In this document: positions 50,501 through 56,211 of the stretch, piece after piece
How positions within the stretch are numbered: position 1 is the stretch's first letter
How the letters are laid out: each line of letters opens with the position of its first letter
Virus record (IMG/VR): IMGVR_UViG_3300017917_002068
Location: 64,004-128,003 of that record
From: a virus
Reading direction: 5' to 3' (one strand)
DNA length: 64,000 bases
Notes under the pieces: model-generated
What the model was told of the DNA's origin: nothing
Database searches by the model: none
What the model saw: only the letters and a program-made list of their open reading frames with translations
Translations under genes and position numbers: made by a program

Positions 50501-50574
50501 TGAAATATTTCAGGCAATAATTCAATCGATCGTCTGATTGGAAGTCCGCTAGATTTAAAAACTTTTCTATCCAT
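35515..50574 (-). CDS. Giant 5019-aa modular virion protein (baseplate-wedge position; FG-GAP-like propeller and CBM5/12-like repeats)
   Basis: Single 15-kb ORF right after the gp6-like gene; repeated FG.S....G..L.VGAP blades and W....Y..GD.V.Y modules. Confidence 0.8.
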   Translation of the reverse strand: MDRKVFKSSGLPIRRSIELLPEIFQTNANDKFLGATLDALTQPGTLEKLSGYIGRKYGVTYDPSETYVDNDGTLRDAYQLEPAVVVKKNNRVSEFYDYIDFKNQLKFFGNNLERDDLITQEDVHSWNPPIDWDKFVNYREYFWQPVGPDSVTVLGQAREIISSYRVRTNSNSEWIFYPDGLKKNPSLTLYRGQTYEFDVNAPGDPFYIRSSNVSGDQSNYNKGVVGNGIEVGKVTFEVPNDAPELLYYQSGSDRNRIGIFRIAEVKDNTFLDVERDILGKQKYISSNGVSFTNGLRVKFEGQTSPEKYSRDSWVIEGVGDSIRLINWEEIELPPISNPNPEVLFDNGGFDDQPFDESLSYPRNKDYITINRASKDKNPWSRYNRWFHRSVLEYTAQLNNTSPRLDETLRAKRPVIEFDADLQLFNHGAVAKTSVDLIDDFTTDVFSTIEGSPGYNIDGEPVTDGFRILFTADKDPLVKNKIFVVKFITVQTSSNIVNRRQISLIESEDSVSSLGECLVVKRGKINGSSMFHYDGTMWIKSQEKPVVNLPPKFDCFDSDGISFGDSSKYDTSSFSGSEIISYKISTSGPTDSELGFALSYLNINNSGDIQFEFDFDSDQFTYQNNFSIVQEKVNKGFVRFNRSLTDYEYANGWVRTDKRFLQPIIETIVVTEESSSVFSQACDWSNSTREKIVCYVNGISTPVTGTNLANNKKEILFGNRLAVGDIVTVKVYTDAVPDNGYYEIPYALERNPLNQDLVNFTLGQVNDHLGTIIEVLDGFEGIFPGLGNLKDLVDYEQYGRRFVKHSSVPAVSINLLCDKEVNVIKAIQYAANEYEKFKNNFLTLAIELPYEDGDVVRFVDRIIDTISQSKNVKTSFSDSDMIGSGAFSKIEYTVEDTGINTFALGEKFDLSVVSSKAVYVYINGEQQLINFDYSFDSTFGFVRILKELNEGDQITIKEYFTTSFNFIPPTPTKLGLYKKFLPEKFIDTTYIEPKLVIRGHDGSITIAFNDFRDDLILELEKRIYNNLKLTYDENLFDIDSVVSSFYNTGLISLDDFNQVINQEFLRWSTYVDQDSTVNNFYNSSNPFTYTYSNVLDNSTNKKLPQFWRGMYQAVFDTDRPHLAPWEMLGFSEKPNWWEDEYGPAPYTSGNLLLWEDLRDGIIKQGARQGTYTRYARPNLLEILPVDDEGNLKSPVEINILRNYSSLNNQAKFKFGDQAPVENAWRKSSSYPFVVIFALCLLRPFEFIPLSLDRNYIRRNRIDQIVGKETSYFLRIDDIISNISTDLTPTGLLYYIENYLKVDLKDKSILKEKLENFDVRLSNKIGGFVDKSQQKYLLDSKNPQSTTSNVFIPPEDFEIFFDVSTPIRNVTYSGVIIEKSDRGWLISGYDKQNTYFDYYPILPTNYDPKIVVGGVSENFVTWKENQFYSRGIIVRFSESFYRSLVSHTSVNSFEATKWIKIDKVPLVGAVEASKRSFFDRTETQRIPYGTNLLTIQDVVDFLLGYGEYLKDQGIQFEEYSNDLQAVANWETSAKEFMFWTTHNWAPGAVISLSPGAIKLKINSTGGVANNILDSFFDYTILKSDGTKLSPENIDVFRGYNEFHIVPVNIRDGIYFAKVSYLLKEHVVIFNDRTMFNDVIFDKGPGYRQQRIKVIGFRTTDWDGDYTSPGFVFDDVNIQTWTPFIDYKLGDIVRYREFNYVSKINQPGKSEFDNSNWEKLDSTPTTGLVSNFEYKINQFEDFYDLDSEGLGSSQRDLARHFVAYQPREYLQDLAEDPVTQYRLYSGFVKEKGTANAVKKVFDKLSKVDADAVEINEEWAFRVGQIGGTDQYDEIEFKIGKDKFKLNPQPIILNNRSIDQNVYKNYIVLDDSNYEIGDSKNTVIQTQLSDNTQQGAGYVNVSDVDFVIENFDQLIGNDISEFKDGSTIWITFETSGWNVLRYKVTDITVTAVAALDLRRVSLKTIRPHKLKVGTLIGLTNIQNLQGFFKISAVNSDTIIVDTNGFETEPEIDQSSFCNIGVFLPARIATPAELIKEDFSILPLGSKVWLDSSNNNTWQVLERNKQFSKSEIAEYGISLPSKIGSSTAYVPLRDQVIVSNPGNPLNIAAAPAIVVYNQGVDGLVPTQILSPISDIAPELSGSYGTSITTSADGRWLIVGSPTASGIPSGFKGLFNSLGQYNTDDTVISGGKLWKAKKPIFPDGSTLEITLSNEDWEPETLHQAQPFAKGRVDTNQGYPRQGTVDIFEFTRGQWNYRSTLISPRPDAGELFGSSISIGKQEGIEGTSGDVTLIVKAIDTNGGITLVDAVGVSGLKDTVYENISGFDISTPGSGASFDVIKSSGSYIVTVRNGGTRYAIGDQIKILGTQIGGNSPANDLTVTVTAITAGGEILGSATYANLTGINSDTPFKEAVFNVNRLRTSYTVSIADPGVGYSGRSIVSYAGRIYGCIKNTQTDRGVWDSTAVYYSGDVVKYPERSSSYYRVKDGIGDNVVEVQFVLPTDTEYWEVSGPILPTNTEYWEEVPTGLFASLARPWAAFITSTADGNLGDLVKYTSGSTILISGSQLGGESPSNDLLIRVNPNLPITTVGTSEGNNSIVVGSTSQLRVDQPVVFSGSVAGGLSAGTQYYIKEILNSQAFTIYSDTETKAVIPLTSTSSPRINPMRFIDNSIRNISISGTAKSGISFSGSSVGVGSFFDIIGQDISAPGSGAIFELVRDQGRYTATVNVRGSRYNVGDEIKILGKDIGGVPESYFMAISAPGSLLNRGRVYLYQYDGISWKQLEDRNFVGIFNSAKNYTSGSIVWYDNNYWKANEVYLAGDNTPGEDDSVWELSESVNTGILPAQSSYQNDGSSLEAGIIDQQSPELLNIGDRYGISTSMSSDASVLVVGAPFADSSDYENYKGAWKSFQTYEKDDIVKILENGVPAYFKLLTLTSTGELPVNGATWNKLTESPEFDTGAVFVYKKNSDNIFELVQIIDDDTIASDDLEAGDELGYKVTLNNEGDLLLVSAPDADIKNKDKGAVFVFQWNNNSFEILQRLESYSLDFFERFGDEISISPTSDTLAISAGTSIASNLVRFDSGSTTFDFLSTRFKDIVGVTGKVYIFNRYGSKYVLSEIFDENLTSGESFGKSISCFDDRIIIGSPLYKSEDPAFLGETIGRVQVFRKLSKVNAWEPIREQSPVVNLQTLKSLVFFDPDKNIKLGDIDIIDPLRGKILSVAEQEIKFKTSYDPAYYTTDDNISNGQAWFKDQVGFVWWDTSTVKWIQYNQDDISFRIGNWNQQVFGSSIDVYEWVESDYLPSQWAAISNTAEGFSLGVTGTPLDITDSRYSVLETLDKITGQVSSRKFYFWVKNKLDLPLNKTFRKISTAAISSYIENPISTGITFATLIDADKIAIYNPSMTITGDNVSIIVQFYKDTKNINQIHREYQLLTEGIADSIPSQDLENKWIDSLIGYDITGKEVPDSALPVKFKYGILNKPRQGMFVDRNGAVKITIEFINNILRSQPYSELLDFTKLNSFDQYPSPVKNLYDREVDSYDELSLISTSKIKPALLKANIINGHINTIDILDSGYGYRVSPPIIITGNGSGAKFRANIDKLGRITSVDVLNQGSRYTFANLSVRQFSVLVKFDRTVRNYWSIYSWNEKAQEFYRSASQSFDTRNYWKKIDWWKLGFSEKSRIKFEIPGLYAEPDVSLEIGDLLRIKEYGAGNWAVLERVEPVNSTILEKYRLVGRYQGTIEILTDFINTKEKSSGYDLTQSYDSQGYDTSAAKEFRIILDSVKNEIFVDDAQAEWNKLFFANVHYAFSEQLYIDWAFKTSFVNAVHNVGNLSKKVTYKNDNLSSYQKYIEEVKPYRTKIREYTSRYTSIENTNTSFTDFDVPSVYNPLTKKIEPVKLISTEIDTYPWKWWLDNYKYSVIDIIISNPGRNYRTVPIVIFEGGGGTGAKARAFVSNGRLSKIVLLDGGSGYTSAPTIKIVGGIGTNLENTAKAVAIIGNSKARNFNLSLKFDRISKVPTFNNLSIDEKFIETETFDGTGSKTVFNLKYPTTVDKSKISVVIKNKAEINNSSGIKLLSNQYNVENYDELIDRFTTNRGRLIINVAPLLTEVVIVTYEINDKSLDYLNRIDKYYTPKAGMPGFEKIEKYDENGNVIEVQNDYTQLVTGLDYGGVIVQGATLDVSGGWDALPWFTEGWDSAEALNSDFYVTADGTSNIFVLPEMPVTGQMINVYLKRKDESVFVRIDYPQGEPGRPDSALMDTFIGDGSTSAVTIPENISIEDGDILIFRPDNSDGSLSINDRNLIDTEISGGSLTSNTTGTPVFDAPNVIDGAYSTATGLSADEIRIDGSNFISPLQVPAPEENIPGQVLEAVSIKVFHSDRVGSPTVLSRIYTADGTNTLFDIGQSVLEQNSVIVFVDKIKKVNETDYVFEPLTQNIRFINSPVLNSVIEIFSINVGGIEILDYRDFIGDGSNRYFLTAANYQETGRVFATVDYVSTPVNFINSNGIVNDIDKTLVEFGIAPVQDSKVAIIVLSTNSIDADSIVRVNYQTVNITDVNQRVYQISNFVTSNASPTGNVIVDLNDTLLRCIDTVIQTYDGTNNVVSVGIDPFKPFGSIVQSQVKAYINNTLLVFGLEYEFTAASNTVTIIKRLNHGDIIRVETYDDNQFEIIDDEIILSNDLTLTAGDKLNIVWFNQYSSVDLVKDRKTGGKLNYPLQRSAIGISYIWVYKNGQRLTPDVDFYIDYPKNTVYLKDENTDQDEIEIISFASQVYKEPFAYEIFKDALNSNHFTRYAIGNISLSKDLYYYDTEIELNDASLLPEPRLKLPGVILINGERIEYLSKQGNILKNLRRGLYGTAIPTVHAIDSVVVNVSYTEIVPYRETQDRYDFVSDGSSYIYLGLPFIPPARKDSAGNPVEFTYVDTIPDGFYPCDAIEVFVAGKRLRKDIATIFDPTRGSYSPAADVTLEAEFSVDGSSLGIRLTSAPPAGTRITVVRRTGKTWYDFGDDSVSSGVTLSQNTTPVAKFLQQSTTKLL

Positions 50575-50576
50575 CT

Positions 50577-53500
50577 TTATCTACTCGTAGTTGTAACTAT
50601 CTGGTTCGCTGCTAAATTTAGTTCGGTAGCTGTAATATTTGAAATGATTTCAATATTATCAACTGTAGCAGAGCTTATAAAAATTTCGTCCGGTCTTGCT
50701 TGTATTTCTAAAAGACTGCCAAAGACTTGATTTGATTGCTTAGGTACTAATACCATATTACTAATATCCGGAGAGTTCTGAGATACAACATAAGATATTA
50801 GTTCGCTAGCATAAAATTTATCTCCAAAATCCCAATTTTCTACAGAAAAGAACTGCGCTATTGAATTTATAATCCTTACTTTTAGGTCATTGTTATTAAT
50901 AGACTTAGACGGATTTTTAACCACTTTAAATGTTGCTTGGAATTCGGAACTTGCTGTATCTCCAAACAGTGTGAAGTATCTAACAGGATGATAAACAATT
51001 TCATCACTGACAGTTTTAATATCATCTAGGCTAATACCAAACTGGGTTTTCAAAGCTTCGCTAGACGGAGTTTCGGGTTCTTCTTTTCTGAATCCGGATA
51101 TCCATTGTCTAAATTCAACATCATATTGTCTTGTTAGAAGATAGACATCAATAATATTACTCGAACTAGGATCTATTCTTCTATCAACACCGGCATTATG
51201 AATATACTGAAATTTTATGTTTGATCTTCCTACATAAGCCACATACTCTGGTTCTAATATAAAAGATCGTGTAATCAAATCAGTACGCTTAACTACATTT
51301 TCACCCGAGTCGAAGAAATATATCAACTGATTATGCTCATAATCATTTACTGATGTATTAACTTCTTTGTCTTTGACTAGGATAAAACCGTCAGTGTTAG
51401 GAATAAACGTTAATTTTTTAGAACCAAAATCATCAATCTCTTCTTTAAAAAATAGATAACGTGTATTATCATCGATACCTACTACTTCATCAAAATAATC
51501 TGGATTATCGATTACTCCGTCGTTGTCCGAATCGTAAAATACCACCTTGATAGCATCAGTGCTTTGATATCCATCATCGAATCGAACAGAATCATAAATT
51601 TCAAAAGGAACATCTCTTTTTAAAATCTGGTTTTGATCAACTATGCTCAATACTTCTGAAAAAGTAAATTGAGGATTAGCGTTTCTTAGTGTTATGATGT
51701 CTTCAGCAATCTCAACAACACTCTTATCTTTTCCACTCGGTACTCTATTAATTCCTAATATACGAACTTGGTCTTTGATCACTTGTCTTGTTCGACTATC
51801 ATATATCTTTTCATTTCTGTCGAAATAAAATCTATTTTGTTGCTCGCTGCCGAAAATATAATCGGTTCCTCTAACTCTAACATTATATTCATCGCCGTCA
51901 TAGACAAAAGCAGCTAGCCAAGAAGAATCAAGATTTGAATTTCTTGTGTCGCCTGCTTGACCTAAATTAAAGGTCGAATTCAAATCTAGATTTGAATCAG
52001 TAACAATTTTCCACTGTCTCTGAGCCACATCATATCTTAGACCAAAAATTCTAGAAGCAAACATCAATTCTACGATTTCTGATTCTAAATCTATAGATAG
52101 ATTATTAACGAATCTAGGAACCACCTGTATCGGTAACGATCCGTTGGGGATGGGATCAGTTAGTGTAACTGGTCCGAATCCTGTAGTAAGATTTCCTCTT
52201 CCTGCATTAGTACCGTCACCGACTACATTAGCTACTTTGGTCCATATATATCTAACTTGGTCTGGATCAGCAGGATCGTAAGTTACTATTTCATTATTTT
52301 TAAATGCCTGTGTTTCTAAGGGAGGGGCAAATTTAATAAGAGCGCCTGCTTCGATATATTTTGCATTGCTGGTCGTATAATTTCCTATCTTGACTGGAAA
52401 ATTATCAAATACGTTTCCGAAATAACCTGTCGCTGCTGTATCATCTTTAGTGGTTAGACTCCACTTAACATTAATGTCTGATGTAAAAATTTTATCAAAA
52501 TTTGTGATATAAAAATTATAAATTTCGCCGGATGCTACAATCGGCTCGAAGAGGTTTCTAATAAAATTTAAAATTATACTTTTGTTATTTGATTTAAATG
52601 TAAGAGTGTTTTCAATATCTTTTCGATAGATTAATCCGTCATCTGCAAATACATTAATTTTAGAATACTTTCCAGAAGCGTCAATAATATCGAAGTTTCT
52701 AGAGATTCCACTTGACGTCCTATTAATCGATTTTACTTTTAAAATTTCCTGTGAGCTTGCCAGCGGTGCAAGATTATAATCTTCACCAGTGATCATTCTG
52801 TTTTGTGTATAAAATAATGCAGGAGCATTTACTCTAATCTGATCGATGTCTTCAGTTGGAGAGCTGTTGCTGATAGTATAGTTTAAACTCAATGTAACGG
52901 TTAAAGTATGAGTTATTCCTTGTTTGTTTCTATACGGAACAGCGATACTGATTCCTCTCATTTCAGCAGGAGTTATCGAATATCGTAATCCGTTACTAAC
53001 TCTATAATAGACTCTAAACGAACCTTGGGGCAAATTGCCATACACTCCATCTGAAAAATTAATGTCTATTTGATCATTTTCTTTAGTGATCACAGAGTAG
53101 ATATTTCTTTGATCGTTTTTCAGACTGTTATAGGCAATATTATTTCCAACTAGATTTGAAACAGATTGCCATAGATTGTTTTCAGTGCCATCGGCATTTA
53201 CTGAATATAACCATATGTCCGAATTATTAATTCCAGTAGAATCGACACTGACTTTTTCATTAGGTACTGGTTGGTCAATGGCAAAATCTGCAAGCTCTAG
53301 AGAGCCTTGCTTGAACATTAGATAAAACCCTGTGTTAGGACTAGCATTTCCTTTACCGTCTTGTCGATAAACAAACCCTAGTTTGTTTCCCGGAATTGGT
53401 GGTTCTTCGTAGATAAAATCTTCATTTACAAAAGTGGTACTCATTAATTCAAATACCATGAATCTGCCAGCAACAGTTTTGTTAAAGGTATAGATCGGCA

Positions 53501-54086
53501 CGTCGGTGCTTTCGGAATTAAATCTATATTGATCTGTTTGTATTCCGTCAATAACTGCTGATGCTTGGCTTTTTCCAAACTCAACATTTTCAACCATTGA
53601 AGAATTTAAAACTAAAAGAAACTGTTCTAACCAATTAGGATTAGTAGGATCATTCCACTGAATGTTCTGTTTAGATAGATTTCTACCGTTGCTGTCAATT
53701 AACGTTTCTGTAGTGGTAATCGAATCAAACTTTAGTAGTCCGGATGCAGGAATATTTCGTTTGGCATTATAAGATAGTGTTCTAGCTAATCGCAGTACGC
53801 TTTCTTTTCTTTCAGCTAGTTCAATAAAGTTTTCTCTTGAAGCTAGATCAATGCGGAAAGAAAGACTTTGTCCTAAAAATGCGATGAGATCGATGAGCGC
53901 CATATATTCAGAACTTTCAATATAATCATTGAAATCTTCTGGATAATTTTCTCTTAGATATGTAATCATGACCCTACGAAGATTTTCAAAATCATAGGAC
54001 TTGAAATCAGCATTTTTAAATGTCTGATATATTCTAGTCCAATCTTCTGCTAGGATTAAATTATTCTGTCTAGTGGTTGTTGTCAT
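50577..54086 (-). CDS. gp6: Baseplate wedge protein (T4 gp6-like)
   Basis: DFENLR...YL...DFNDYIESS...LIDLIA...ENFIELAERKESVLRLARTLSY and EDIDQIRVNAP...QNRMITGEDY. Confidence 0.8.
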   Translation of the reverse strand: MTTTTRQNNLILAEDWTRIYQTFKNADFKSYDFENLRRVMITYLRENYPEDFNDYIESSEYMALIDLIAFLGQSLSFRIDLASRENFIELAERKESVLRLARTLSYNAKRNIPASGLLKFDSITTTETLIDSNGRNLSKQNIQWNDPTNPNWLEQFLLVLNSSMVENVEFGKSQASAVIDGIQTDQYRFNSESTDVPIYTFNKTVAGRFMVFELMSTTFVNEDFIYEEPPIPGNKLGFVYRQDGKGNASPNTGFYLMFKQGSLELADFAIDQPVPNEKVSVDSTGINNSDIWLYSVNADGTENNLWQSVSNLVGNNIAYNSLKNDQRNIYSVITKENDQIDINFSDGVYGNLPQGSFRVYYRVSNGLRYSITPAEMRGISIAVPYRNKQGITHTLTVTLSLNYTISNSSPTEDIDQIRVNAPALFYTQNRMITGEDYNLAPLASSQEILKVKSINRTSSGISRNFDIIDASGKYSKINVFADDGLIYRKDIENTLTFKSNNKSIILNFIRNLFEPIVASGEIYNFYITNFDKIFTSDINVKWSLTTKDDTAATGYFGNVFDNFPVKIGNYTTSNAKYIEAGALIKFAPPLETQAFKNNEIVTYDPADPDQVRYIWTKVANVVGDGTNAGRGNLTTGFGPVTLTDPIPNGSLPIQVVPRFVNNLSIDLESEIVELMFASRIFGLRYDVAQRQWKIVTDSNLDLNSTFNLGQAGDTRNSNLDSSWLAAFVYDGDEYNVRVRGTDYIFGSEQQNRFYFDRNEKIYDSRTRQVIKDQVRILGINRVPSGKDKSVVEIAEDIITLRNANPQFTFSEVLSIVDQNQILKRDVPFEIYDSVRFDDGYQSTDAIKVVFYDSDNDGVIDNPDYFDEVVGIDDNTRYLFFKEEIDDFGSKKLTFIPNTDGFILVKDKEVNTSVNDYEHNQLIYFFDSGENVVKRTDLITRSFILEPEYVAYVGRSNIKFQYIHNAGVDRRIDPSSSNIIDVYLLTRQYDVEFRQWISGFRKEEPETPSSEALKTQFGISLDDIKTVSDEIVYHPVRYFTLFGDTASSEFQATFKVVKNPSKSINNNDLKVRIINSIAQFFSVENWDFGDKFYASELISYVVSQNSPDISNMVLVPKQSNQVFGSLLEIQARPDEIFISSATVDNIEIISNITATELNLAANQIVTTTSR

Positions 54087-54108
54087 CTCATCTATGTCCC
54101 TATATCAC

Positions 54109-54115
54109 TATTTAT
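54109..54115 (-). promoter_or_regulatory. Putative late promoter ATAAATA
   Basis: Intergenic ccaATAAATA upstream of the gp6-like start. Confidence 0.55.
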
Positions 54116-54137
54116 TGGATAAAATTATCTGCGTATA

Positions 54138-54572
54138 TTATGTTGGAATGTTTCTGCTATCAAAGTCTAAAGCTAATCTATCAACTACATTAAATGGCAG
54201 ATAGACCATTTCTACTTCAATACGAATTCCGTGTTCTGTAGCATCTATAGTAACTGCATTAACTCGTGTTCGAGGATCGGCATTAATAATCGTTTCAACG
54301 TCTTTAGTGATTAATCTTTTATTTTCTTCAGACATAGGTTCAAATAACATGTCCCAGATAATTGTTCCAAATTCTGGATTCTGTAATTTTTGTCCTTGCT
54401 TGATGTGAAAATGATTTAATAGATCTTGCTTAACTAGATCCACGTCATATTGTTTAAATCCGGATTTAAAATTCCTAGAATTAAACCCTTTATAGGTATA
54501 TGATCCTACCTGTGTGTTGCCAATGCTTGCTTTGTTAGTTGCTACTGTTTTTTGATTATAAAGTTTGGCCAT
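54138..54572 (-). CDS. gp25: Baseplate wedge subunit (T4 gp25-like)
   Basis: DLVKQDLLNHFHIKQGQKLQNPEFGTIIWDMLFEP...DPR; GGAG RBS before the ATG at 54572. Confidence 0.85.
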   Translation of the reverse strand: MAKLYNQKTVATNKASIGNTQVGSYTYKGFNSRNFKSGFKQYDVDLVKQDLLNHFHIKQGQKLQNPEFGTIIWDMLFEPMSEENKRLITKDVETIINADPRTRVNAVTIDATEHGIRIEVEMVYLPFNVVDRLALDFDSRNIPT

Positions 54573-54573
54573 A

Positions 54574-56202
54574 TTATTCTCCGCCCACATCTCTATCGGT
54601 ATTTTCCGGTTTGAATTTGATCGGGTCTAAGTTTTCATGTTCTGCCCACGGTTCGTGCATAGGCACACGTTTTAATATTGATTGGATGGGCTCTTGTGCT
54701 TTGTACTGCGTGTTGGCCCAAACTAATTTTTCATCTGTTACTAGTATCTTATGAAGTTTTAATTCTGTAGGTTTTGTAGGGGATTGAGATGATTCAGCAG
54801 AGGCTGCGGGATCACAGTTCATTTCTATTCTAGCAGCTTCTTCAATGTGCTTTCCGCCACTTTTAATATTAGTGTTAGTTCCGGCCTGTAATCTTAAATC
54901 AACCGAAGTTTTTAAACTAAAAGTTCCATTAGAATTAATTTTTAACTTACCTGTTACTGTAGAATTGCTATCACCTTTTACATCTAAAAAAGAATCAGTA
55001 TCAACTAATAAATGATATTCTTTTTTAACATGCGATTTAAAATCTTTGCCTATGATAGATAAAAAATCCGTTCCGGTTTCTATTTGAGTTCTACCTTTGA
55101 CTGATTTTATATTGATATTCCTGCCCGCTTCTAAATTAATATCTCTGTCTGCTCTAAGATTAAAGTCTTGTTTTGTATGTACGCTAACAGAATCATTAGC
55201 AAATATATCCAGCTTACCGTTGCTAGACATTTCTATCCAAGTAGTTCCTGCAGCGTTTCCTATATAAATTAAATCTTCGCTGTTATGTAATAAAATTTGA
55301 TGGCCAGTGCGTGTTCTTACTCTGAAATATTCACTAGCCGGATTATTAATTTCACCTGATACTCCCGGCGCTGACTTTATATAAACAGGAGGGCCTTCAG
55401 ACGGCTTTGTTTTTCTTATAAGCGTATCGTCTCCGTCATCCATAACAAATTGTGTGCCGCCGAGACGGCTTACTGGTACAGGCTGAGGAGATTTAGTTTC
55501 TCTCCTACCGATGGATGCCTTTTTACCTTTTTGATCCAATGGTCCGGGTGTAGATATTCCAAACACACTAGATGGTAAATTTCTTCTCGGAGTCGAAGTT
55601 GATGTACCACGAACATCATCTAATAACAGACCTTGTTTTAACAAAGCTTCAGCGAAAGGATGGACTGGTTTTTTTAAAGTATCCGCTGGAAGATTTGGTT
55701 TATCTGCATATATTGACTTGTTGATTTCTGCACACGGAAGACCTAAATTTGGTTCATATTTCTGCCGGTCAGCTTGACTATAATCGATTAACTTTGTGCC
55801 GGCAATCGCAGGTACCATGTGGTTTGCAAATCTGTCAGGTACGCAACCGATCCAGTATCCTTCGGCGGGATTTCCGTCAAGAAAAACAACCAACACAGTA
55901 ACTCCAACGTCCGGCGGGACGAACCACATTCCATAACTTTTCTGCGTGTCATTGAATGCTTGATCATTTCCGGTATTAACACCTGTATTAGCAAGGTTAG
56001 TTGAACCAAAAAATGGTACTGCGCATCTTACTTCGTAAGTTTGACCATCTTCTCCAAATCTGTTGCTGGCTTCTCTTTGTAAGGTGACTTCTAAGCCTCC
56101 CATAAAAGACGGATCGAGATGTCCAACAACTTTTGCCAAGAAGGGACCTCCGTTGCCTAAGGGTTTTTTTTGCGTGTCGGGTTTCCGTTGTTCTTCAGCC
56201 AT
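54574..56202 (-). CDS. gp5: Baseplate central spike (gp5/VgrG-like), no lysozyme domain
   Basis: OB-fold DPSFMGGLEV...GMWFVPPDVGVTVLVVF...YWIG; RTRTGHQI...WIEM followed by beta-helix repeats. Confidence 0.75.
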   Translation of the reverse strand: MAEEQRKPDTQKKPLGNGGPFLAKVVGHLDPSFMGGLEVTLQREASNRFGEDGQTYEVRCAVPFFGSTNLANTGVNTGNDQAFNDTQKSYGMWFVPPDVGVTVLVVFLDGNPAEGYWIGCVPDRFANHMVPAIAGTKLIDYSQADRQKYEPNLGLPCAEINKSIYADKPNLPADTLKKPVHPFAEALLKQGLLLDDVRGTSTSTPRRNLPSSVFGISTPGPLDQKGKKASIGRRETKSPQPVPVSRLGGTQFVMDDGDDTLIRKTKPSEGPPVYIKSAPGVSGEINNPASEYFRVRTRTGHQILLHNSEDLIYIGNAAGTTWIEMSSNGKLDIFANDSVSVHTKQDFNLRADRDINLEAGRNINIKSVKGRTQIETGTDFLSIIGKDFKSHVKKEYHLLVDTDSFLDVKGDSNSTVTGKLKINSNGTFSLKTSVDLRLQAGTNTNIKSGGKHIEEAARIEMNCDPAASAESSQSPTKPTELKLHKILVTDEKLVWANTQYKAQEPIQSILKRVPMHEPWAEHENLDPIKFKPENTDRDVGGE

Positions 56203-56211
56203 AATCTCTTA

